Positions 6,718 through 13,639 of a stretch of DNA of 14,307 bases are shown piece by piece. Position 1 is the stretch's first letter, and every line of letters begins with the position of its first letter. This stretch comes from Planctomycetota bacterium (GTDB taxonomy: Bacteria; Planctomycetota; PLA2; JAEUHO01). The position numbers were made by a program, and so were the translations under genes. Location of the stretch: assembly GCA_965223505.1 (NCBI GenBank), contig CBDCWP010000025.1, positions 1-14,307 on the forward strand. Reading direction: 5' to 3'. Below the pieces are notes generated by a model, which was given only the letters and a program-made list of their open reading frames with translations, was not told the DNA's origin and did not search any database.

Positions 6718-9203
6718 GCGGCAACGGCGGTCCGGGCAACGGCAACCCGGGCGCGAACGACGACTCCGGCCTCGACGAGCAGCTCAAGGAGGGGTATCGG
6801 CTCATCGGCAAGTCGCCCCGCAAGGTCGACGGCATGAGCAAGTGCACCGGCGCGACGATGTTCGCGGACGACCTCTCGCTGCCCCGAATGCTCTACGCGA
6901 AGCTGCATCGATCCCACGTCGCGCACGCGCGCATCAAGTCGATCGACACGAGCGCCGCCGAGGCGATGCCGGGCGTCGTCGCGGTCCTCACGGGTGATTC
7001 GATGCCCATCTCGTTCGGCATCCTGCCGGTCTCGCAGGACGAGCACGCGCTCTGCGTGGACAAGGTGCGGTTCGTCGGCGATCCGGTCGCCGCGGTCGCC
7101 GCCGTCGACGAGGACACCGCCTTCGAGGCCATGAACGCGATCCGCGTCGAGTACGAACCGCTGGACGCGGTCTACGACCCGGCCAAAGCCATCGACAACG
7201 ACGTCCCGCCGATCCACGACTACGGCGACGACGGCAACGTGCACAAGCGGGTCTCCATGACGTTCGGCGACGTGGAGGGCAGCTTCGAGGAGGCGGACGA
7301 GGTTCTCGAAGACGTCTTCTACTTCGAAGGCAACACGCACCTGCCGATGGAGCAGCACGCGACGCTGGCGTGGCGCGAGCCCGACGGCCGGCTCACGATC
7401 TGGTCGTCGACGCAGACGCCGCACTACCTGCACCGCGCCGCGTCAAAGGTGCTCGAGATGCCGCCGTCGCGCGTGCGCATCATCGCGTGTCCCAACGGCG
7501 GCGGGTTCGGCGGCAAGAGCGACCCGTTCAACCACGAGATCGCCGTCGCCAAGCTGTCGATGATCACCAACCGGCCGGTGAAGATCACGTTGACCCGCGA
7601 GGAGGTCTTCTACTGCCACCGCGGCCGCCACGCCGTGCTGATGCGCGCCAAGACCGGCTTCAAGAAGGACGGGTCGATGACGGGCATGCACTTCCAGAGC
7701 CTGCTCGACGGGGGCGCCTACGGCTCGTACGGCGTCGCGAGCACCTACTACACGGGCGCCCTGCAGACCGTGACGTACAGGATCCCCGCCTACCGCTTCG
7801 ACGGCGTGCGTTCCTTCACGAACAAGCCGCCCGGCGGTCCGAAGCGCGGTCACGGAACGCCGCAGCCCCGGTTCGCCGTCGAAGTGCAGATCGACAAGGC
7901 CGCCGAGCGCTTCGGGCTCGACCCCGCCGAGCTGCGCCTGCGCACGCTGCAGCCGGCGTTCTCCAACACCGCCAACTGGTTGCGCATCGGCTCGATGGGG
8001 CTGGGCGAGTGCATCGAGAAGGTCGTCGAAGGCAGCGACTGGAATGCCAAGCATCGCAAGCTGCCGTACGGCAAGGGCATCGGGCTGGCGTGCTCGTCGT
8101 ACATCTGCGGCGCGGGCCTGCCCATCTACTGGAACGCGATGCCGCACTCGGGCGTGACGGTGCAGCTCGACCGCGGCGGCGGCGTGGCCGTCTTCTGCGG
8201 CGCGACCGACATCGGCCAGGGCAGCGACACCGTCCTGGCCATGTGCGTCGCCGAGGTGCTCGGCGTCGATCTCGACGACGTGCGCCTCACCGTGGCCGAC
8301 ACTGCGACGACGCCCGTCGATCTCGGCTCGTATTCCAGCCGTGTGACCTTGATGATGGGCAACGCCGCGATTCAAGCGGCCGAGCGCGCCCGCGAGCAGG
8401 TCGCCAAGGCCGTCGCGAAGCACATGAGCGTGCCGACGGTGCGTCTGCGCTTCGCGGAAGGCAACGTGTTCGACGTCGAGGATCCGGATCAGGCGATCTC
8501 GTTCGCCGACGCCGTGTGCCTGGCGGAGGCGGCCTTCGGGACGATCGCCGCGCCGGGCTCCTACAGTCCGCCGCCGTCGCCGGGCAAGTACCGCGGCGCG
8601 GGCGTCGGACCTTCGCCCGCCTACTCGTACTCCGCGGCGATCGTCGAGGTCGACGTCGACGCCGAGACGGGCATCGTCGAAGTCGAGAAGATCTACATCG
8701 GCCACGACATCGGTCAGAGCATCAACGAGATGCTCGTCATCGGCCAGGTCGAAGGCGGCGTGTACATGGGCCTCGGCGAAGCGCTCATGGAGGAGATGGC
8801 GTACCGGCCCAACCGGTTCGGCGTCCACAAGATCCCGTCGATGCTCGAGTACAAGAGCCCGACGACGATGGAGATGCCCGACGTCGTCACCTACCTCGTC
8901 GAGGACCCGGATCCGAACGGACCATTCGGCGCCAAGGAGGTCGGCCAGGGGCCGCTGCTGCCGATCATGCCGGCGGTCGCCAACGCGGTGTTCGACGCGG
9001 TCGGCGTGCGCGTCGACGAGATTCCCGTCACGCCCGAGAAGGTGCTGAAGGCGCTCGCCGCCAAGGACAAGCGCTACGGACCCAGGAAGTTCCCCGACCT
9101 GAAGATCACCGACACGATGCGCGTGAAGACCGAGGCGGAGGGCGGCGACGGCACCGCGCCGCGGCCGCCCCGCAGGAAGAAGAAAGAAGAGGTGTCGTCA
9201 TGA
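6714..9203 (+). CDS. Xanthine-oxidase-family molybdopterin-binding large subunit, 4-hydroxybenzoyl-CoA reductase alpha (HcrA)-like, 829 aa
   Basis: ATG at 6714 overlaps the previous stop. Motifs KVRFVGDPVAAVAA, GGGFGGK, KRGHG, DIGQGSDT, GSYSSRVT, GQVEGG and GPFGAKEVGQG. RGHG and GSYSSRVT resemble HcrA as I recall it; the substrate is not established. Confidence 0.92.
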   Translation: MSGNGGPGNGNPGANDDSGLDEQLKEGYRLIGKSPRKVDGMSKCTGATMFADDLSLPRMLYAKLHRSHVAHARIKSIDTSAAEAMPGVVAVLTGDSMPISFGILPVSQDEHALCVDKVRFVGDPVAAVAAVDEDTAFEAMNAIRVEYEPLDAVYDPAKAIDNDVPPIHDYGDDGNVHKRVSMTFGDVEGSFEEADEVLEDVFYFEGNTHLPMEQHATLAWREPDGRLTIWSSTQTPHYLHRAASKVLEMPPSRVRIIACPNGGGFGGKSDPFNHEIAVAKLSMITNRPVKITLTREEVFYCHRGRHAVLMRAKTGFKKDGSMTGMHFQSLLDGGAYGSYGVASTYYTGALQTVTYRIPAYRFDGVRSFTNKPPGGPKRGHGTPQPRFAVEVQIDKAAERFGLDPAELRLRTLQPAFSNTANWLRIGSMGLGECIEKVVEGSDWNAKHRKLPYGKGIGLACSSYICGAGLPIYWNAMPHSGVTVQLDRGGGVAVFCGATDIGQGSDTVLAMCVAEVLGVDLDDVRLTVADTATTPVDLGSYSSRVTLMMGNAAIQAAERAREQVAKAVAKHMSVPTVRLRFAEGNVFDVEDPDQAISFADAVCLAEAAFGTIAAPGSYSPPPSPGKYRGAGVGPSPAYSYSAAIVEVDVDAETGIVEVEKIYIGHDIGQSINEMLVIGQVEGGVYMGLGEALMEEMAYRPNRFGVHKIPSMLEYKSPTTMEMPDVVTYLVEDPDPNGPFGAKEVGQGPLLPIMPAVANAVFDAVGVRVDEIPVTPEKVLKALAAKDKRYGPRKFPDLKITDTMRVKTEAEGGDGTAPRPPRRKKKEEVSS

Positions 9204-10183
9204 TGCGCCTTCCGCCGTTCGCGTACCGGGCGCCCCGAAGCGCCGAAGAAGCGGCCCGCGTCCTCGCCGGCGAAGGGCCGGACGCGATGATCGTGGCCGG
9301 CGGCACCGACCTGTATCCGAACATGAAGCGCCGGCACCAGATGCCCAAGACGCTCGTCGCGTTGCGGCGCGTACAGGACATGCGCGGCGTGGCGTGGGAC
9401 GACGGCGCGGTGCGGCTGGGAGCGGCGCAGTCACTTCGCAGCATCGAGCACGACCGTGACGTGGCGCAGCGGCTGCCGGCGCTCTGGACCGCCGTCAACT
9501 CGATCAGCACGCCGGTGCTTCGCAACATGGGGTCGATCGGCGGCAACCTCTGCCTCGACACCCGCTGCAACTACTACAACCAGAACTACGAGTGGCGGCG
9601 CGCCATCAATTTCTGCATGAAGTGCGACGGGGACACCTGCTGGGTCGCGCCGTCGAGCCCGACCTGCTGGGCGGTGAACTCCTCGGACACCGTGCCCGTG
9701 CTGATGGCGATGGGCGCCGAGGTGACGCTCGTCTCGGGCGAGGGCGTGCGGCGAATCTCGCTCGACGAGCTCTACGGCACCGACGGCATCGACTACCTGA
9801 CGAAGCGCAAGGACGAGGTGCTCACGTACGTGGACGTACCAGCGCAGGGCGCCGCGCGCTCGGTCTACAAGAAGGTGAGGCGTCGCGGTGCGTTCGACTT
9901 TCCCGTCGCCGCCGTCGCGGTGCGCCTCGAGCTCGACGGCGCGACCGTGAAGAGCGCCGACATCGTGCTCAACGCCGTGGGGCCGAAGCCCGTTCGGTGC
10001 ACCCATGCCACCGACGTGCTGGTCGGCCGAGAGCTGACCGACGAGCACATCGACGCCGTGGCGGGCGTGGCGTGGCGGCCCGCGAAGCCGCTGGACAATA
10101 CGGATCACGAACACATGTGGCGCAAGAAGATGATCCGCGTGAACGTCGCCCGCGCGCTGCGGGAGCTGCGCGACGGAGCCTAG
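9200..10183 (+). CDS. FAD-binding medium subunit with [4Fe-4S] insertion (HcrB-like), 327 aa
   Basis: ATGA overlap at 9200-9203. FAD motifs AGGTDL and LRNMGSIGGNL. The Cys-rich insertion DTRCNYYNQNYEWRRAINFCMKCDGDTCWVAPSSPTCW matches the spacing of the HcrB 4Fe-4S loop. Confidence 0.93.
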   Translation: MMRLPPFAYRAPRSAEEAARVLAGEGPDAMIVAGGTDLYPNMKRRHQMPKTLVALRRVQDMRGVAWDDGAVRLGAAQSLRSIEHDRDVAQRLPALWTAVNSISTPVLRNMGSIGGNLCLDTRCNYYNQNYEWRRAINFCMKCDGDTCWVAPSSPTCWAVNSSDTVPVLMAMGAEVTLVSGEGVRRISLDELYGTDGIDYLTKRKDEVLTYVDVPAQGAARSVYKKVRRRGAFDFPVAAVAVRLELDGATVKSADIVLNAVGPKPVRCTHATDVLVGRELTDEHIDAVAGVAWRPAKPLDNTDHEHMWRKKMIRVNVARALRELRDGA

Positions 10184-10243
10184 AAAGACGAAAAAGGGCT
10201 TCAGTCCGACGGGTGGGACGGTCGAGGGGGATGCGGACCCGTC

Positions 10244-10357
10244 GTAGGGGCGCCGCTCGGCGACTACGCGGGCCCCCGACGTAGGGGCGACACGCGAGTC
10301 GACTACCTCGGACACGACCGATTCCGGATGTAGGGGCGGCCTTCGACGGCCGACTAC
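10244..10357. repeat. Three GTAG-type REP-like palindromic units, GTAGGGGCG-(hairpin)-CGACTAC
   Basis: 10244-10267 GTAGGGGCGCCGCTCGGCGACTAC; 10281-10306 GTAGGGGCGACACGCGAGTCGACTAC; 10330-10357 GTAGGGGCGGCCTTCGACGGCCGACTAC. Confidence 0.75.
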
Positions 10358-10520
10358 GTTTCCCCCGCGATCCCAACCCGGATCCCCACGACAGTTGCCG
10401 CCAAACCCCTGAAAACCGGGGCTCCAAAGGAGTCCGGCGGTTTCGTGGTCGATTTTTGCCCTCGCCGTTGGCCAACGCGCGCGAGCAGGGCTAGGTTCCA
10501 GGTGGACGCGTTGCGGATGT

Positions 10521-10569
10521 GGTGATCCCGAAAGGGGGGATCACCGTTGGCCACCTTCTTCTTCTCTTC
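10521..10569 (+). terminator. Hairpin followed by a pyrimidine tract; possible intrinsic terminator or sRNA domain
   Basis: GGTGATCCC-GAAAGGG-GGGATCACC (10521-10545, 9-bp stem), then TTCTTCTTCTCTT at 10556-10568. The tract is not directly adjacent to the stem. Confidence 0.35.
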
Positions 10570-10680
10570 GCACGCACGCGCTCACATCGCGCGGTGCGTC
10601 GCCGGCGACGCCGCCCGCGAAGACGAGACGGCCTCCGTGCTCCTTCCGTTCGCGGCCTTCGGTGAGGGCGACTGAACGAT

Positions 10681-10830
10681 GCGGGGGCGGGCGCGGCTTC
10701 GGCGAGCTACCAGGGGGGTGCTCGAGCGGGGTCGCGCTCACCATTTTGTTTTCGACATTTGCGGGGCGGGCGCGACACGTGCGAGCTACCAGGGGGGTGC
10801 TGGCACGAAATGTCGCGCCCTCCTTTCTTT
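10681..10830. repeat. Tandem pair of hairpin units (79-bp period) sharing an identical 21-nt apex; candidate structured RNA
   Basis: GCGAGCTACCAGGGGGGTGCT at 10702-10722 and 10781-10801, and GGGGCGGGCGCG at 10684-10695 and 10763-10774. The flanking stems differ in sequence but each is complementary, and each unit is followed by a T-rich tract. Confidence 0.7.
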
Positions 10831-10874
10831 CAGCCGCTGGCGGCGCAAGTGACCGCCGGCACTCGCGCGCGACG

Positions 10875-11594
10875 CTAGCGCGCGGCCAACGCAGAGCGCA
10901 GCTGGCGGATCTCGTCGTCCACGTCCGCCGGGGACGAGACGGTATCGGCGATCTCGGCGCGCAGCACGTCCCGGAACCGTCGTCGCAGCCGGTGCACCGA
11001 CACCTTCACGTTGCTCTCGCTGGTCTCGAGCTGCGCGGCGATGTCCTTGTAGGTGCGCTCCCGCCCTGCGCCGACCAGCACCGGCTTCAAGGCGTCGAAC
11101 AACGCCGACTTCCCCGCCTCGGCGTGCTCCGCCTCCAGTTTGCGCAACACGCGGTCGATGAGCGTCAGTGCAAAGCGGCGCTCGAACACGCGCTCCGGCG
11201 TCAGCGCATCCTCCGGCTCGCGCGCGTACCGCGACTCGCCGCGCTCGAAGTCGAGCGACAGCACCGTCGCCTTGCCGCCGCGCTTCAACGCGCGGTCGTG
11301 CGCGTGCACCTTCGAGGCGTAGTTGCGAAACGCCGTCAAGAGGAAGGTGCGGAACCGGCCCCGGCGCGCGTCGGCCTGCCGCAGATAGCCCTTCTCCAGG
11401 ACCGCCGCGAAGAACCCCTGCGTGAGGTCCTGCGCCTCCTCTGGGCGGCTGCCTCGACGCCGAGCGAACGCGTACAGCGGATACCAGTACGCCGTGCACA
11501 GATCCGTCAGCGCCGCCCCCGCCTGCGCGACGTCCGCGCCGGCGGCGTTGACGAGGCTCCAGCGCGTCGTCGCGAATCGTGCGTCGGCGTCCAT
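10875..11594 (-). CDS. ECF-type sigma-70 factor, Ser/Thr-kinase-associated type, 239 aa
   Basis: ATG at 11594, 5 nt after the kinase stop. MDADARFATTRWSLV...YWYPLYAFARRRG...EEAQDLTQGFF...GRFRTFLL (sigma2) and YKDIAAQLETSESNVKVSVHRLRRRF (sigma4 HTH). The ORF-track start at 11921 overlaps the kinase gene. Confidence 0.92.
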   Translation of the reverse strand: MDADARFATTRWSLVNAAGADVAQAGAALTDLCTAYWYPLYAFARRRGSRPEEAQDLTQGFFAAVLEKGYLRQADARRGRFRTFLLTAFRNYASKVHAHDRALKRGGKATVLSLDFERGESRYAREPEDALTPERVFERRFALTLIDRVLRKLEAEHAEAGKSALFDALKPVLVGAGRERTYKDIAAQLETSESNVKVSVHRLRRRFRDVLRAEIADTVSSPADVDDEIRQLRSALAAR

Positions 11595-11599
11595 GCCGC

Positions 11600-13390
11600 C
11601 TATTTGACGTCGACGGGCCCCAGAGTGAACCACCAATGTCCCTCGTGGCGCTCGATGGGGAACGAAACGACGCTCGACCCGTAGGTCACCGTGACGCGGG
11701 CGCGATGGCCGGCCTCCTCCCGCTCGATCTCCCGGACTTCGTAGTCGTGGATCGGCGCCGGCAGCTCGCCGAGGTCGCTGAACAGCAGTCCGAGACGGCG
11801 CATCTCCTTCATGGACGCGAGGTCCTCGTCGCGCGCCGTGCGCATGCGCAAGCGGTCCTCTTCGGTCAGCCACAGCTCGAAGTCGGCGCCGGCCTTGGAC
11901 GCGGCCTGGAAGCGGCCCCACAGCGCGTTCACGGCGTCGAAAAACGGCTGCTCGGGATGCGGCGACGGCGCGAGCGGCGCCTCGAGGATCGGCTCGTCCA
12001 TGAAGGCGTCGCGCGGATACGTGCCGAACTCGCTGCGTTCCATCCGGGGGCTGTCGATGGACGCGGACAGCATGAAGAAGGACATGGGGAAGAACGCGAA
12101 GACCGGGAACAGCGTGCCGAAGATCGCGAGCCCGAGTCCCTTCAGACGATCGCTCGAGCCCACGACGATCCAGGCGATGATGCTGAGGACGAACCCCGCG
12201 CCCATGACGCCGAGGCCCACGAGGGCGCCGACGCCCGCGCCGATGTGGTCGCCGTCGTCGTAGATCGTGAATCGTGCGACGAACCAGTAGGTCAAGAAGC
12301 CCAGCACCAGCGCCAACGGGACGCCGAGCGCGCCGATGACGGCGAGACGGCTCGTGCGTTGGGTTCCGGAGAAGACCTGCCGCTCGTGGTCGCGCCGGCG
12401 CGGCGCCGGCGGGTCATCGACCACCTCGAACTCCTCGACGACGTCCCGATCCCAGGCGAACGACGAGATCGCGTCGAGGTCGGTTCGAAGCTCCTGCGCC
12501 TGTTGGTACCGGCGCTCGCGCTCGCGCTCGAGCGCGCGCAGCACGACGCGGTCGAGTCGTGCGTCCACGTTCTGGTGCGCCGACGGGGAGTCGAAGCGTC
12601 CGACGGGCAGCTCGCCCGTCAGCATCTCGTAGAAGACCACGCCGAGAGAGAACAGGTCGGCGCGATGATCGACGTCCTTCGGCGTCCGGTACTGCTCCGG
12701 CGCCATGTAGTGCAGCGTGCCCATGACCTGACCGGCGCCGGTCAACGTGAAGTCGGCCGCGCCGTTCTGCACCAGCTTGGCCAATCCGAAGTCGGCGATC
12801 TTGACCTTGCCGTCGCGGTCGATGAGCACGTTCTCCGGCTTGATGTCGCGGTGAACGACGCCGCGGTCGTGCGCGTACTGCAGCGCTTCGCACACCTGCG
12901 GGACGATCGCCAGCGCCGCCGCCGGCTCGAGCTCGCCCGACTGCATGAGCTGCCGGAGGTTGGATCCGTCGACGAACTCCATCACCAGAAAGTGCAGCCC
13001 GTCGGTCTCGCCGAACTCGTGCACGCGCACGATGTGCGGATGGTCGAGCTTGGCCATCGTGCGCGCTTCCCGGGTGAACCGCTCGTGGAATTCCGGGCCC
13101 GCGCTCCACTCGCGCGGGATCACCTTCAGCGCGACGATGCGGTCGAGGTGGGTCTGGCGCGCCTTGTAGACGATGCCCATCCCGCCCTGCCCGACGATCG
13201 AGAGGATGTCGAGGTTCGGGAAGTGGCGGTTCATCTCCTCGGCCGAAGGCGTGCTGCGCCGCGCGGTCGCGCCGACCGTCGTCGCCGTGTCGCCGCCCAG
13301 GCCCATAGAGAGCAGGCAGTCCGGGCACGTTCCGCCCGGCGCATCGGCCGGCACGTCCTTGCCGCACTGAGGACACTTCGAAGGTTGCAT
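11600..13390 (-). CDS. Hanks-type Ser/Thr protein kinase with N-terminal zinc ribbon, three TM helices and a C-terminal putative sensor domain, 596 aa
   Basis: ATG at 13390 with GGAG upstream. CPQC...CPDC, GQGGMGIVY, VALK, HRDIKPEN, DFG, GTLHYMAPE and DLFSLGVVFYEMLTGELP, then three hydrophobic segments and a soluble tail. Confidence 0.95.
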   Translation of the reverse strand: MQPSKCPQCGKDVPADAPGGTCPDCLLSMGLGGDTATTVGATARRSTPSAEEMNRHFPNLDILSIVGQGGMGIVYKARQTHLDRIVALKVIPREWSAGPEFHERFTREARTMAKLDHPHIVRVHEFGETDGLHFLVMEFVDGSNLRQLMQSGELEPAAALAIVPQVCEALQYAHDRGVVHRDIKPENVLIDRDGKVKIADFGLAKLVQNGAADFTLTGAGQVMGTLHYMAPEQYRTPKDVDHRADLFSLGVVFYEMLTGELPVGRFDSPSAHQNVDARLDRVVLRALERERERRYQQAQELRTDLDAISSFAWDRDVVEEFEVVDDPPAPRRRDHERQVFSGTQRTSRLAVIGALGVPLALVLGFLTYWFVARFTIYDDGDHIGAGVGALVGLGVMGAGFVLSIIAWIVVGSSDRLKGLGLAIFGTLFPVFAFFPMSFFMLSASIDSPRMERSEFGTYPRDAFMDEPILEAPLAPSPHPEQPFFDAVNALWGRFQAASKAGADFELWLTEEDRLRMRTARDEDLASMKEMRRLGLLFSDLGELPAPIHDYEVREIEREEAGHRARVTVTYGSSVVSFPIERHEGHWWFTLGPVDVK

Positions 13391-13411
13391 GGGATTGGTC
13401 TCCGCCTGTCT

Positions 13412-13437
13412 ATGACGGAACGGCGCCGGATGGTTAC
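13412..13437 (-). promoter_or_regulatory. Candidate ECF-type promoter upstream of the kinase-ECF operon
   Basis: The minus strand reads GTAACC-N14-CGTCAT, ending 21 nt upstream of the kinase ATG. It fits the general ECF AAC...CGT pattern, with a somewhat short spacer. Confidence 0.35.
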
Positions 13438-13639
13438 TGGAATTTCGGTCGTGGGTCACTTTGACGAAGGGGCGGATCGGCGGCGGCAAGTGCCGTCGCA
13501 GGGGCTGCCCGGTCGTGGTCGGCTTGCCGGGTGCAGGCGCGGATCTGCAGACTGACGCACGACAGGAATGGTTGATGCCCGCCCTTGTCGTGCCGGCGGG
13601 CCGCCGCCACCATACGCGCCCCGCCGCAGAGGAGCCGCT

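Noticed and set aside
7370..9199. N-terminal extension of the 937-aa ORF (apparent fusion to the FAD subunit)
   Set aside because: Off-frame overlap with the large subunit. The real start is the ATGA-coupled ATG at 9200.
6211..10183. Assignment as CO dehydrogenase (coxMSL) or xanthine dehydrogenase
   Set aside because: Lacks the CoxL AYxCSFR loop and the canonical GE catalytic motif. Gene order and the 4Fe-4S insertion fit Hcr-like enzymes better. Gene symbols are withheld because the substrate is unproven.
10354..10744. Small - strand ORFs 10354..10554 and 10541..10744
   Set aside because: No motifs, weak codon bias, and they run through hairpins and repeats. They cannot be fully excluded without ribosome profiling.
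10244..10830. CRISPR array interpretation of the intergenic repeats
   Set aside because: Two unrelated repeat types in only 2-3 copies. One type has variable interiors and irregular spacing, and no cas genes are in the window.
11579..13555. 658-aa + strand ORF
   Set aside because: Antisense shadow of the kinase gene.
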